A stretch of DNA of 63,263 nucleotides from Saprospiraceae bacterium (GCA_043721685.1 JAYSQG010000007.1:1-63263); one strand, 5' to 3'. Shown: positions 27,241 through 36,469, counted from the stretch's first letter. A program made the numbers and translations. The notes: generated by a model not told the origin, from the sequence alone.

Positions 27241-28467
27241 CTATTCCTCACGTGTTACCGAAGCCACACGCATCGCTCTCGAAGCGGCGGGTAAAGACGC
27301 TAACATACCAATAGAAATGACCGTTATGGCAACAACAATAAAATCACTAAATTTTAAAGCAACAGGATAGCGGTCTGTTGCAAAGCCTGGGGGCAATGGC
27401 ACAAGTCCACCATCGGCATAAACATGGTAAAAGTACAAACCCATTGCTATGATAAAGCCACTTATCAAACCCGTCAAACACATCAACAGCCCTTCGTTGA
27501 GAAATATATTGCGAATCAATTTTTCCGTTGCGCCCATGCTTTTTAGGATTGTGATGTCTTTTTGTTTTTCTAAAACAATCATCCACAATGCGCCGACCAT
27601 ATTGAAAGCGACCAACAGAATCGTCAAACCTAAAATAGCGTAACTCATCCATTTTTCGACATTCATCACTTTCATAAAGGCTTCGTCTTGTTGATAGCGG
27701 TCTTTGACGGTAAATCCATCGCCCATGATGCGGCGAATATCGGCGAGGGTTTGTTTGGCATTGGCACTCGTATTGAGTTTAATTTCATAGGCAGAGACCT
27801 CGTCGGGTGCGTCGAGTAGGTCGCGCATGAAATCTATATTCGTCAGAACATATTGATTATCAAACTCTGTTTGAATGACAAATGCGCCTTTGGGGTATAA
27901 AAAACGTTTGGTAAATGGTTGGCTGAATGCACCGCCACCGCCTTCACGTTTGGGCATATAAATACTGAGGGGGGTCGCAAAACTGGTTTCATATACGCCT
28001 AATTGATTGCGCATACCGCCGCCCAAAACCGCATAGTCGGCTTGCTCGTCTATGAGCAAATATTCCCCTTCACGGATGGTCGTATCAATATGATTTATTC
28101 TATGAAAATTGTCGTCAACGCCTTTCAAAGTGCCAAAGGCTTGTGATTTGTCGTATTCAAAAAAGGCAATTTCTTCAAGGGTTTCAGAGAGTAACACTAC
28201 GCCATTGAGTTGACGTAATTGGCTGATTTTCAAGGTGTCAGTAACGAATGTCTTTCCTTTTGTGGCTGTAATTTTAACATCGGGATTAAAATTGGACATC
28301 ATACCCATAATGAGTTTTTCAAACCCATTGAACACCGCTAAAACAAGCACCAATGCCGCAGTGCCCAATGCCAAACCAAAGACCGAAATACCTGTAATGA
28401 CATTGATGGCATTCGTTGATTTTTTCGCAAAGAGGTAGCGGCGTGCTATTTTAAGAGGTAGATTCAT
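27241..28467 (-). CDS. FtsX-like ABC transporter permease (LolC/E-like)
   Basis: Start moved to ATG 28467 (MNLPLKIARRYLF...), because the track ORF starts at a TTG. It has a MacB-like periplasmic domain and a C-terminal FtsX four-helix region. Confidence 0.85.
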   Translation of the reverse strand: MNLPLKIARRYLFAKKSTNAINVITGISVFGLALGTAALVLVLAVFNGFEKLIMGMMSNFNPDVKITATKGKTFVTDTLKISQLRQLNGVVLLSETLEEIAFFEYDKSQAFGTLKGVDDNFHRINHIDTTIREGEYLLIDEQADYAVLGGGMRNQLGVYETSFATPLSIYMPKREGGGGAFSQPFTKRFLYPKGAFVIQTEFDNQYVLTNIDFMRDLLDAPDEVSAYEIKLNTSANAKQTLADIRRIMGDGFTVKDRYQQDEAFMKVMNVEKWMSYAILGLTILLVAFNMVGALWMIVLEKQKDITILKSMGATEKLIRNIFLNEGLLMCLTGLISGFIIAMGLYFYHVYADGGLVPLPPGFATDRYPVALKFSDFIVVAITVISIGMLASLPAASRAMRVASVTREE

Positions 28468-28480
28468 GTATTGGTGAATG

Positions 28481-28499
28481 TCCAAAGGACTCCTTTGGA
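28481..28499. repeat. 19-nt perfect palindrome TCCAAAGGAcTCCTTTGGA flanked by direct repeats GGTGAAT
   Basis: GGTGAAT occurs at 28473-28479 and again at 28500-28506. The element lies 14 nt upstream of the permease ATG. Confidence 0.9.
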
Positions 28500-28539
28500 G
28501 GTGAATATTTTAATGGTGAATAGTGTGTCACCGATTTAT

Positions 28540-29067
28540 TTATCTTGTCAAAAAGTATTGTTTGAATTTTTCAAGGTCTTTGAGTTCTGCTTTTATATAG
28601 TTATAAAAAACAGTATCATCAACTTCGGTTTTAATGGCTGAAATGCCGACATCAATCAAACGCAATCCCTCAGTAGTCAACAGAATATTGTCATATTTTT
28701 CACCTAAACGGTCGGAGGAAGGGCGGTGTAAATCACGATGAACGAAGCCGTTTTTATGTAATTCCTTCAAATGTGCTTCAAAAGTCTCAAAAAAGATTTC
28801 TCTTTTACCGATTTCGAAACTGCGAAATTCAAGTGCGTGAATCCGTTCCATAATCAACATATCCCATTTGTTTTCATCATCATAATCTAAACGATGGAAT
28901 TGACAAACAAGACTATTGATGTTATTGGCATAACGCATTTTCTCTGCTTCTGAATTTTTAAAGGAGCGTGTTTCGCCTTCAAAAACCTTTGCAACCTCTG
29001 CTTCTGAAAGGGCGATGACACGGTTGTTTAAGCCTGATGAAAGTAAGTTTTTATATTTTTCATTCAT
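28540..29067 (-). CDS. minimal protein-kinase-like fold protein (RIO/Bud32-sized)
   Basis: 175 aa with GFVHRDLHRPS ... NILLT ... LRLIDVGIS, which are HRD, N and DxG-like motifs, and a candidate VAKV lysine. No glycine-rich loop is seen. Confidence 0.45.
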   Translation of the reverse strand: MNEKYKNLLSSGLNNRVIALSEAEVAKVFEGETRSFKNSEAEKMRYANNINSLVCQFHRLDYDDENKWDMLIMERIHALEFRSFEIGKREIFFETFEAHLKELHKNGFVHRDLHRPSSDRLGEKYDNILLTTEGLRLIDVGISAIKTEVDDTVFYNYIKAELKDLEKFKQYFLTR

Positions 29068-29083
29068 CGTAATGTATTGATTG

Positions 29084-29578
29084 TCAATAATCTTGCTCGA
29101 TTCGACCGTTTTCTAAGATTTCAAAACGATGCGTTTTTGTCGAATTGGGGTCATACTCCCCCCCCTCAATAGCAGCACCTTCTGCAACATAAATAGCGAG
29201 TTTTTCATCTATCGTTGCGAGAGTATGTTGCACTGCCTCACCAATCGCTTTCGCACCTGCAATGGCTTTTTTGTCAATCATATTGCCATCGCTGCTGTAT
29301 GTTGCCAACACATAATCGTATTGCAATAAGGCTGCTTTCCAATAAATGACGGCTTGATACGCTTGTTTAGGTGCTCGAGGTAAGCGGAAACAGGCGACAT
29401 ATTCCGTAAAATCATCTAAAATAGTCGTTTCATAACGAGATATAAACTCAGCTATCATCTCATCAGACAAAGGTGAATTTTGCTCAAAATCATGATGCGA
29501 ATCGTCACGCAATGTCGTGGGCAGCTCAATTTCAGGAAATTTTTGAGCGAAACTATCGAATTTTATTTTATCTGTCAT
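29084..29578 (-). CDS. hypothetical protein
   Basis: A 164-aa clean ORF with an ATG start, co-oriented with the downstream kinase-like gene and 16 nt from it. No family recognised. Confidence 0.5.
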   Translation of the reverse strand: MTDKIKFDSFAQKFPEIELPTTLRDDSHHDFEQNSPLSDEMIAEFISRYETTILDDFTEYVACFRLPRAPKQAYQAVIYWKAALLQYDYVLATYSSDGNMIDKKAIAGAKAIGEAVQHTLATIDEKLAIYVAEGAAIEGGEYDPNSTKTHRFEILENGRIEQDY

Positions 29579-29580
29579 TT

Positions 29581-29657
29581 GTTATTGGTTAAATGGTTAT
29601 TGGTTATTGGGGATTAGTTATTGGTCTTATAACCAATAACTAATCCCCAATAACCAA
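29581..29657. repeat. word-repeat hairpin built from GGTTATTGG words (26-bp perfect stem)
   Basis: 29600-29625 pairs perfectly with 29632-29657 and is preceded by direct copies of the same word. It lies between the fabH stop and the start of the next gene. Confidence 0.85.
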
Positions 29658-29665
29658 TCAACTAA

Positions 29666-30676
29666 TTATACGCCAAACTCTAAGCCATCATAAGCCCATT
29701 TTAGCAAAATAGACCCCCATGTGAAACCACCGCCAAAGGCAGTAAGCATTAAAGTATCGCCTCTTTTGAGTTGATTTTCGTAATCCCAGAGGCAAAGGGG
29801 CAAAGTACCAGCCGTGGTATTGCCGTATTTATGAATATTGACCATCACTTTTTCCATAGGTGCGCCAGCATATTCTGCAACGGTGTGAATGATGCGTTTA
29901 TTGGCTTGATGCGGCACAACCCAATCAATGTCGTCAATGGTTATATTATTGCGCTTCATCACTTCATTCATCGTACCTGACATACCTTTTACGGCTGCTT
30001 TGAAGACAGGTTGACCTTCTTGATAAGCAAAATGTTGCCGTTTGTCCACCGTTTCATGCGAAGCAGGGATAGCAGAACCACCTGCTTTCATGTGCAAAAA
30101 AGCACGTCCTGCACCGTCGCCTTTCAGTACGCCATCAATGACACCGAGACCGTCTTTCGTCGGTTCGAGCATTACAGCACCTGCACCGTCTCCAAAAATG
30201 ATGCAGGTTGTACGGTCGGTATAGTCCACAATACTTGACATCATGTCCGCACCGACAACGATAACTTTTTTGTGCATACCCGTTTCGATGAACTTTGAAG
30301 CCGTCATTAAGGCATATAAAAAGCCTGAACAAGCGGCATTTATGTCATACGCCCAAGCGTTTTTGATGCCCGCTTTATCGCAAATTGTATTAGCTGTATC
30401 TGGAAAGTGCATATCTGGCGTAACCGTTGCACATATTAGGAGTTCGACTTCTTCGGGCTTGGTATCGGTTTTTGCCAAAAGCCCTTTAACCGCTTCAGCA
30501 GCCATATCGGAGGTTGCCCAACCTGGCGTTTTGAGAATGTGGCGTTCTTTAATACCTGTTCTACTTGTAATCCATTCGTCAGTTGTCTCTACCAATTTTT
30601 CAAGTTCGGCGTTGGTCAATATGTAGTCTGGAACGTATCCGTTGACCCCTGTAATGGCTGCATGAAGTTTAGTCAT
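29666..30676 (-). CDS. fabH: beta-ketoacyl-ACP synthase III
   Basis: Start moved to ATG 30676 (MTKLHAAITGVNGYVPDY). The active-site context AACSGF, the HQAN motif and GNTTAGTLP are present. The 77-codon N-terminal extension in the track runs through non-coding elements. Confidence 0.92.
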   Translation of the reverse strand: MTKLHAAITGVNGYVPDYILTNAELEKLVETTDEWITSRTGIKERHILKTPGWATSDMAAEAVKGLLAKTDTKPEEVELLICATVTPDMHFPDTANTICDKAGIKNAWAYDINAACSGFLYALMTASKFIETGMHKKVIVVGADMMSSIVDYTDRTTCIIFGDGAGAVMLEPTKDGLGVIDGVLKGDGAGRAFLHMKAGGSAIPASHETVDKRQHFAYQEGQPVFKAAVKGMSGTMNEVMKRNNITIDDIDWVVPHQANKRIIHTVAEYAGAPMEKVMVNIHKYGNTTAGTLPLCLWDYENQLKRGDTLMLTAFGGGFTWGSILLKWAYDGLEFGV

Positions 30677-30749
30677 TGCTTTTTTAATGTTTGATTTTTC
30701 AAATATCCAATTAGAAAAGAGGATATTCTGTAAAAGACGTATCCTGTCG

Positions 30750-30780
30750 CCCCCTTCCAAAGGAATCCTTCGGATCAGTA
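30750..30780 (-). repeat. TACTGAGGGG-type motif split by a 19-nt palindrome
   Basis: The reverse strand reads TACTGA-tccgaaggattcctttgga-AGGGGG. The palindrome occupies 30756-30774. Confidence 0.85.
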
Positions 30781-30799
30781 TAGAAGGGTTTTGTAGCCG

Positions 30800-30807
30800 C
30801 AAAGTTA
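30800..30807 (-). promoter_or_regulatory. candidate -7 box TAACTTTG (reverse strand) for fabH
   Basis: The plus strand reads caaagtta, about 125 nt upstream of the fabH ATG. It lies just downstream of a reverse-strand terminator. Confidence 0.45.
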
Positions 30808-30869
30808 AAAAACGAAAGTGGTATTTTATGACAAAATAGGTAAGAGAGCGAAATCCTTTTGGTGGGCAT

Positions 30870-30902
30870 AAAAAAAGAGGGCAAGTTTCGATAACTGCCC
30901 TC
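30870..30902 (-). terminator. intrinsic terminator (reverse strand)
   Basis: The reverse strand reads gagggca-gttatcgaaact-tgccctc followed by TTTTTTT. Confidence 0.7.
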
Positions 30903-31097
30903 CCCAAACTATTACAAACAAAACCAACTAAAACCAGGGAATCTTATCCTGTATTTTCTAATTCTTCGTCTTTGTGAATGCTCGATTGATGTTACAAAAG
31001 AACGTTTTTCGATTCACACTTGCACCTCTTACAGGACGGTTTAACATATCGTTTGGAATTCATTAGTGTTGTATTAGAATTTGACAGATATTTTTTC

Positions 31098-31161
31098 AAA
31101 AAAAGCCGTCCTGAACTCAATCAGGACAGCCCCAACAACAAACTTATAATCCCATGAACAT
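31098..31161 (-). ncRNA. candidate small RNA / terminator-capped module (copy 3 of the ATGTTCATGGGATTAT family)
   Basis: The reverse strand reads ATGTTCATGGGATTATAAGTTTGTTGTTGGG, then the hairpin gctgtcctga/tcaggacggc, then TTTTTTT. It is collinear with the module at 51300-51358. Confidence 0.45.
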
Positions 31162-31518
31162 AAATTCTTATAGTCGAATATTAGACTTTTATTTTTTATT
31201 GTGAAAACTGAATTTCACTTTATTAGACGCAAGTTTCACTAAAAGTATTTTAAAAAACAAGGCTATTAACACCTCATTAACTAATCTTTAAACTGTGACA
31301 ACGTTTTGCTTATTTTGTTTTATCATACAATAATATTAAAACGCTTTCACACCATTTTTAGTTCATTTAATGATATTTTTTTTCGAAAAAACAGTGTTTC
31401 ATTTTTTAGACCGCTTAATAAACGTAAAACGATTATGGACTAAAATGTGTTTTATCACTTCTATTTTATTACAAAAATTTGACTTTTCTTCGCCATTAAA
31501 TTCTTTCAATCAATTTGA

Positions 31519-32541
31519 CTAATATGCAAACGCACCCGCATTTTCGTAATGTAAAACACTTAATATTGTCTGACCCGTACCACGCAAAGTCTCTTTGTCA
31601 ATGACACTCATATTGTCATTATGTGTATGCCAATATTTACCAAAATAACTATCTGTTGGGTGATTAATAATATCAATTGTCGGAATTTTAGCAATTGTAT
31701 TTACAAAATAATGGTCGTCCAACATCGGTCCACGAGAAGCTTCATCAACAAAAAGTTGTGTATATCCTAAGAAACGACCTACACGCCACACTTTTTCAAC
31801 CGTCTGTGAAGCAAATTTCATTGAAAAAGCCTCTTTAGTAAATCTTGCATTGCGTGCACCTACCATATCGAGATTGATACCATATTTGGCGGAATAGCCA
31901 GCAACATGCAAGTTTTTTGCCCAATGTTGTGAACCAAGACACCAAGTACCTTCTTTGTCCTCCTTATCCGCTTGACCATAGTCTTCTGCATCAAACAATA
32001 CGAAATCAACGCCTATATTACTGAGGGGGGTCTGTTGCAACTGCCGCGCCATTTCTAACAACATACCAATCGCTGAACCACTGTCGTCTGCGCCTAAAAT
32101 AGGTTCATTTTTCTTTGTCGAGTCTTGATCCGCAAAGGGACGTGAATCCCAATGTGCTGAAAGCATGATGCGGTTTGTTGCGTTGAGGTTTGTCCGAGCG
32201 ATGATATTGACAGCATCGAGGGTTTTACCGTCAAAGGTTTTCGCTTTGAAAGGTTGCTCAATAATATCAGCACCATACTGTTTAAATTGTTGAACAATCC
32301 ATGCACGTACTTTTACCGCATTTGCAGAACCTGTTACCCGTGTGCCAAAAGAGACGACTTTTTCCGTAAAAACATATGCCGTATCGGGACTGAACTTAGG
32401 AATGACAATATCAGGCAATGGTTTTTCTGTCACCGTATTTGAAGACGGCGTATCACTGCTGCAAACAAGCGGTGACAAAGCAGAACCGACAAAGGCAAGG
32501 AGTAAGAAACCGATAATCCATTTCATATTATTACGTATCAT
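31519..32541 (-). CDS. M28 family zinc peptidase (glutaminyl-cyclase-like)
   Basis: 340 aa with a signal or lipoprotein leader and metal ligand blocks SAHWDS, GADDSGSAIG and LFDAEDYG. Confidence 0.8.
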   Translation of the reverse strand: MIRNNMKWIIGFLLLAFVGSALSPLVCSSDTPSSNTVTEKPLPDIVIPKFSPDTAYVFTEKVVSFGTRVTGSANAVKVRAWIVQQFKQYGADIIEQPFKAKTFDGKTLDAVNIIARTNLNATNRIMLSAHWDSRPFADQDSTKKNEPILGADDSGSAIGMLLEMARQLQQTPLSNIGVDFVLFDAEDYGQADKEDKEGTWCLGSQHWAKNLHVAGYSAKYGINLDMVGARNARFTKEAFSMKFASQTVEKVWRVGRFLGYTQLFVDEASRGPMLDDHYFVNTIAKIPTIDIINHPTDSYFGKYWHTHNDNMSVIDKETLRGTGQTILSVLHYENAGAFAY

Positions 32542-32576
32542 AAAATTGTATTTTTATAAAAGTTAAAAAACTTAAT

Positions 32577-34088
32577 TTATTCCTTAGTCCAACTCGTTCC
32601 GTCTTTCCCATCTTTCAACTGAATCCCAGCCGCTTTCAAGCCATCTCTGATTTTATCCGAAGTTGTCCAATCTTTTGTTGTCCGTGCTTGCGCGCGCAAA
32701 TCAATGACCAACTGCATGACACCTTCAAGGCTTGATTGACCATTTTCGCCCGAAGCCGATTCGTCTGTTAATCCAAAAATAGTAAAAATAAAGTCGTTGA
32801 AAATCTGTTTCATACGCGCTAACGACCCCTCAGTAATTTGAGCCAAATCGAGCTGTCTGCCCTTGAAAGCATTGATTTTAGAGCATAATTCAAACAAACG
32901 AGACAAAGCGCGCGGTGCATTAAAGTCATCGTTCATGTCATCTAATGCGCTGTCTATCAATTCATTAACTTCTTTGTCTAAATCCGTTTCATTGCCACCT
33001 TTTAACGTTAGAGTTTGTAAAATCTTATAAGATTCCATCAAACGTTTATACCCTTTTTCAGCCGCTTGCAAAGCATCATCCGTAATGTCAAGCGTCGAAC
33101 GATAATGTGCTTGAAGCATGAAAAAACGGACAACCATTGGCGAATATCCTTTGGTAACGTGTTCCGAATCGCCTGTAAAAAGCTGTGGCGGCGAAATGGT
33201 ATTGCCATCAGATTTTGACATTTTTTTACCATTCAACAACAACATATTGGCGTGCATCCACAGTTTTGCACCGCTGTGATTGCAAGCACCGACGTTTTGC
33301 GCAATTTCGTTTTCATGGTGTGGAAACTTCAAATCGTTGCCGCCGCCGTGAATGTCAAAAGTTTCGCCCAAGTATTTACGACTCATCGCTGAACACTCTA
33401 AATGCCAACCCGGGAAGCCAACTGACCACGGCGATTTCCAACGCATCAGATGTTCAGGCGAAGCCTTCATCCATATCGCAAAATCGGCTGGATGGCGTTT
33501 TTCGTCTTGTTTTTTAAGATTATCACGTGTTTCTGATATCAAATCCTCAACGATACGCCCTGACAAATTGCCATAAACGCCCTTGACTTGAATGAATTTT
33601 GGCACATCGAAATAAACAGAGCCGTTGGCTTCGTAGGCAAAACCGTTGTTCACAATTTCCTCAACCATTTCGATTTGTTCAGGAATATGACCAGTTGCAC
33701 GTGGTTCGATAGACGGCGGTAAAGCATTGAAAATACGCATCATATCGTGGAAACCATTGGTGTATTTCGAAGCTACTTCCATTGGTTCGAGTTGTTCGAT
33801 GCGGGCGCGTTTCATCATTTTGTCCTCCGCATCGGGTTGTTCGCCATCGCCTTCGAGATGTCCGACATCGGTGACATTTCGGACGTAACGGACTTTATAG
33901 CCGAGATGTAGCAAATGACGATAAATTACATCGAAATTGACAAACGTGCGGCAATTGCCGAGATGCACATCATTGTAAACGGTCGGTCCGCAGACGTACA
34001 TGCCGACACGTCCTTCGTGGATAGGGGTGAAAACTTCTTTTTCGCCAGTGAGCGAATTATAAATTTTGAGTTCTGTATTCGATTTCAT
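32577..34088 (-). CDS. cysS: cysteine--tRNA ligase
   Basis: 503 aa with the HIGH-type motif (HLGN), KMSKS, and the CGPTVYN start. Confidence 0.95.
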   Translation of the reverse strand: MKSNTELKIYNSLTGEKEVFTPIHEGRVGMYVCGPTVYNDVHLGNCRTFVNFDVIYRHLLHLGYKVRYVRNVTDVGHLEGDGEQPDAEDKMMKRARIEQLEPMEVASKYTNGFHDMMRIFNALPPSIEPRATGHIPEQIEMVEEIVNNGFAYEANGSVYFDVPKFIQVKGVYGNLSGRIVEDLISETRDNLKKQDEKRHPADFAIWMKASPEHLMRWKSPWSVGFPGWHLECSAMSRKYLGETFDIHGGGNDLKFPHHENEIAQNVGACNHSGAKLWMHANMLLLNGKKMSKSDGNTISPPQLFTGDSEHVTKGYSPMVVRFFMLQAHYRSTLDITDDALQAAEKGYKRLMESYKILQTLTLKGGNETDLDKEVNELIDSALDDMNDDFNAPRALSRLFELCSKINAFKGRQLDLAQITEGSLARMKQIFNDFIFTIFGLTDESASGENGQSSLEGVMQLVIDLRAQARTTKDWTTSDKIRDGLKAAGIQLKDGKDGTSWTKE

Positions 34089-34092
34089 GCCG

Positions 34093-34100
34093 CAAAGTTA
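34093..34100 (-). promoter_or_regulatory. -7 box TAACTTTG (reverse strand) 4 nt upstream of the cysS ATG, implying a leaderless mRNA
   Basis: The reverse strand reads TAACTTTG-cggc-ATG. Confidence 0.5.
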
Positions 34101-34247
34101 GGAATTGAAAAATGAGAATTGGTGTTATTTTTTACGGCAAAAAAAGTAAAAGTTGTCTTTTGACATAAAAAATACTGAAGGGGGCAAAAATTGCTTGTAA
34201 AAAGAACAGTTTCTAAACATTTTTATAAAAAACTGTGTTTAGACTTC

Positions 34248-34255
34248 TAACTTTG
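34248..34255 (+). promoter_or_regulatory. candidate -7 box TAACTTTG upstream of the bacilliredoxin gene
   Basis: Exact TAnnTTTG match 60 nt upstream of ATG 34316. Confidence 0.45.
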
Positions 34256-34315
34256 CAACGAAATAAAAATTATTGTTTAATCGGTTCAGACGCTGAACTT
34301 TAAACTCAGTTAGTT

Positions 34316-34756
34316 ATGTATTATCAAATTCCACAACAATCGCAATATCCCGAGCATCTGACAGCTCCTATGGCTGCGGAACTCACAGATAATGGCTTTG
34401 AAAGCCTGCACACTGCCGAAGATGTCGAAAAAGTCCTCGACAATACTGAGGGGTCTGTTTTTGTCATTGTCAATTCTGTTTGCGGATGTGCGGCGCGTAA
34501 TGCTCGTCCTGCGGCTGTCATATCTACTCGTGACGGTAAAGTGCCAGATAAAATGGTAACGGTCTTTGCAGGTGTTGACAGCGAAGCCGTTTCAAAAGTA
34601 AGAGATTACTTTTTGCCTTATCCACCATCATCCCCTTCAATGGGTTTATTCAAAGATGGCAAATTGGTTCATTTCATTGAGCGTCACCACATTGAAGGTC
34701 GCCCTGCGGAAGCGATTGCGATGAATCTTAAAAAAGCATTTGAGACTTATTGCTAA
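34316..34756 (+). CDS. BrxA/BrxB family bacilliredoxin (YphP/YqiW, DUF1094)
   Basis: 146 aa with the family-defining NSVCGCAA redox motif and a thioredoxin-like layout. Confidence 0.85.
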   Translation: MYYQIPQQSQYPEHLTAPMAAELTDNGFESLHTAEDVEKVLDNTEGSVFVIVNSVCGCAARNARPAAVISTRDGKVPDKMVTVFAGVDSEAVSKVRDYFLPYPPSSPSMGLFKDGKLVHFIERHHIEGRPAEAIAMNLKKAFETYC

Positions 34757-34776
34757 TTCTTAATTGCTTGAAAATC

Positions 34777-34813
34777 AAATGGCTGTAAGACTTCACTTGT
34801 CATACAGCCATTT
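34777..34813. terminator. bidirectional terminator hairpin
   Basis: An 11-bp stem (aaatggctgta / tacagccattt) between convergent genes. Confidence 0.65.
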
Positions 34814-34835
34814 GTCATTTCACTAATTCACAACT

Positions 34836-36434
34836 TTATGGTTTCTTAGTATCCGTCATTCTAACAGTCGGATATTTGATCCCCAATTGTTCTAAATACG
34901 ATTTGTATTTTGTTGGGTCATAATAATATTTCTTCATTTCAGGGCGGAACTTTGCCATCACATCTGTATTGATCGTAATGGCTGGTTTATCCGTTGGTGA
35001 TATGAGTGGCTCGTATTTTGTCTCTTTAGTTTGTTCCGTTTTGTAATATTCCCAAGCATTTTCGATGATTTTTGGGTCATTGAGCATGTCTAAAAGGGTC
35101 AAAGCCTCAACTTTTGCACCTGCCGTAATGCCTTTGTGAGCGATTGGTGTTGCCATTGACACCGCATTTGCCCAATGGTGACCAGGCAAACTGGGGATGT
35201 TGGACGGATAACCCAAGACGATGGTTGGCAAAGACCAAGAAATATCAGCAATATCATCTGACCCACCCCCCATAGAGCTGCGGACTTCCAAAGTGGAGTC
35301 AATTTTCGTCGAAAGCCCATCTTGAACAGGCGATTCTAACTCTTTTTGTAGCGCTTTTGCCAAAGTTTGGTCGGCATCTGACCAAGTTGGCATACCCACT
35401 CGCTTGATGTTTTCATAAGCGGTTTCGGCAATAGGCTTACTAAAATGCCCTGGCCAAGCACAACCGACGACTTCCCAAGAGACTTTTGTGTCGGTCATCA
35501 TGGCAGCACCTTGCGCAATGCGTTTGCCAGCTTCAAACAATTCTTTGATTCGTGGATAGGTTCTTTCTCTAAAAAAATACCAAACAGAGGCTTTTGAAGG
35601 CACAACATTGGGTTGGTCACCACCATTAACAATGACGTAGTGTGAGCGTTGTGTAGGCAATAAGTGCTCACGCTTGTAATTCCAGCCCACATTCATCAAT
35701 TCTACACCATCGAGAGCCGATTTGCCGCGCCAAGGATTCATTGCGGCATGTGCTGCTTCGCCTTCAAAATGAAATTTGACGCTGACCAAACCATTGCCAC
35801 CATTATCGCCATATTTGACAGCTAATTGGTTGTTGACATGCGTAAAAATGCAAGCATCTACATTTTTGAAAAACCCATCACGGACGTAATACGCCTTTGC
35901 GCCAACCAATTCTTCTGCAATACCGGGCCAGACCATCAATGTGCCAGGTATTTTTTCACGTTCCATAATTTTTTTCATCACCAGAATAGCTGTGATGTTT
36001 AAGGCTTGACCAGAGTTATGCCCTTCGCCATGACCCGGTGCGCCATCAATGAGTGGGTCGTGGTAAGCAACGCCTGGCTTTTGAGATGCTTTGGGAATAC
36101 AGTCCACATCAGAACCGATAGCGATGACAGGTTTGCCATTTCCCCAACGAGCGATCCAAGCAGTGGGGATACCTGCAATGTTTTTTTCAATCGTAAAACC
36201 TTCTTTTTCAAGAATATTGGTCAAGTATTTAGACGTTTCCCATTCTTGAAAACCGAGTTCAGCGAAGCTGAAAATCATATCGTTCATTTCCGCCGTTTGG
36301 TCGTGACGTTTTTCAACTTCGGTCATGATTTCCTTTTTCAAGGCTTCCAATTTTTCAGGCGTGAAACGGGTTTGGGCGTTACTTTGCTGGCTAAACGCCA
36401 ATAATAGCCCAATGAGTGCGTAGAAACTTTTCAT
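34836..36434 (-). CDS. M20 family amidohydrolase (AbgB-like), secreted
   Basis: Start moved to ATG 36434 (MKSFYALIGLLLAFSQQSNAQ). It has a peptidase M20 dimerisation and catalytic pattern (GSDVDCIP ... GHGEGHN). Confidence 0.8.
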   Translation of the reverse strand: MKSFYALIGLLLAFSQQSNAQTRFTPEKLEALKKEIMTEVEKRHDQTAEMNDMIFSFAELGFQEWETSKYLTNILEKEGFTIEKNIAGIPTAWIARWGNGKPVIAIGSDVDCIPKASQKPGVAYHDPLIDGAPGHGEGHNSGQALNITAILVMKKIMEREKIPGTLMVWPGIAEELVGAKAYYVRDGFFKNVDACIFTHVNNQLAVKYGDNGGNGLVSVKFHFEGEAAHAAMNPWRGKSALDGVELMNVGWNYKREHLLPTQRSHYVIVNGGDQPNVVPSKASVWYFFRERTYPRIKELFEAGKRIAQGAAMMTDTKVSWEVVGCAWPGHFSKPIAETAYENIKRVGMPTWSDADQTLAKALQKELESPVQDGLSTKIDSTLEVRSSMGGGSDDIADISWSLPTIVLGYPSNIPSLPGHHWANAVSMATPIAHKGITAGAKVEALTLLDMLNDPKIIENAWEYYKTEQTKETKYEPLISPTDKPAITINTDVMAKFRPEMKKYYYDPTKYKSYLEQLGIKYPTVRMTDTKKP

Positions 36435-36469
36435 GCGTGGTTTGATTTTAGATGAAAGAATATAAATCG

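Noticed and set aside
29666-30907. The track ORF gives FabH a 77-codon N-terminal extension (413 aa).
   Set aside because: The extension runs through a candidate promoter box, the split-motif palindrome and a terminator arm, and has no FabH-like sequence. The canonical N-terminus MTKLHAAITG starts at ATG 30676.
31098-31135. The reverse-strand string GGGGCTGTCCTGATTGAGTTC looks like a tmRNA 5' end.
   Set aside because: It is simply the 5' arm of a hairpin followed by a U-run. No tag reading frame, T-loop or CCA-type 3' end follows.
34086-34140. I looked for a T-box or other leader upstream of cysS.
   Set aside because: The -7 box sits 4 nt from the ATG, leaving no room for a leader.
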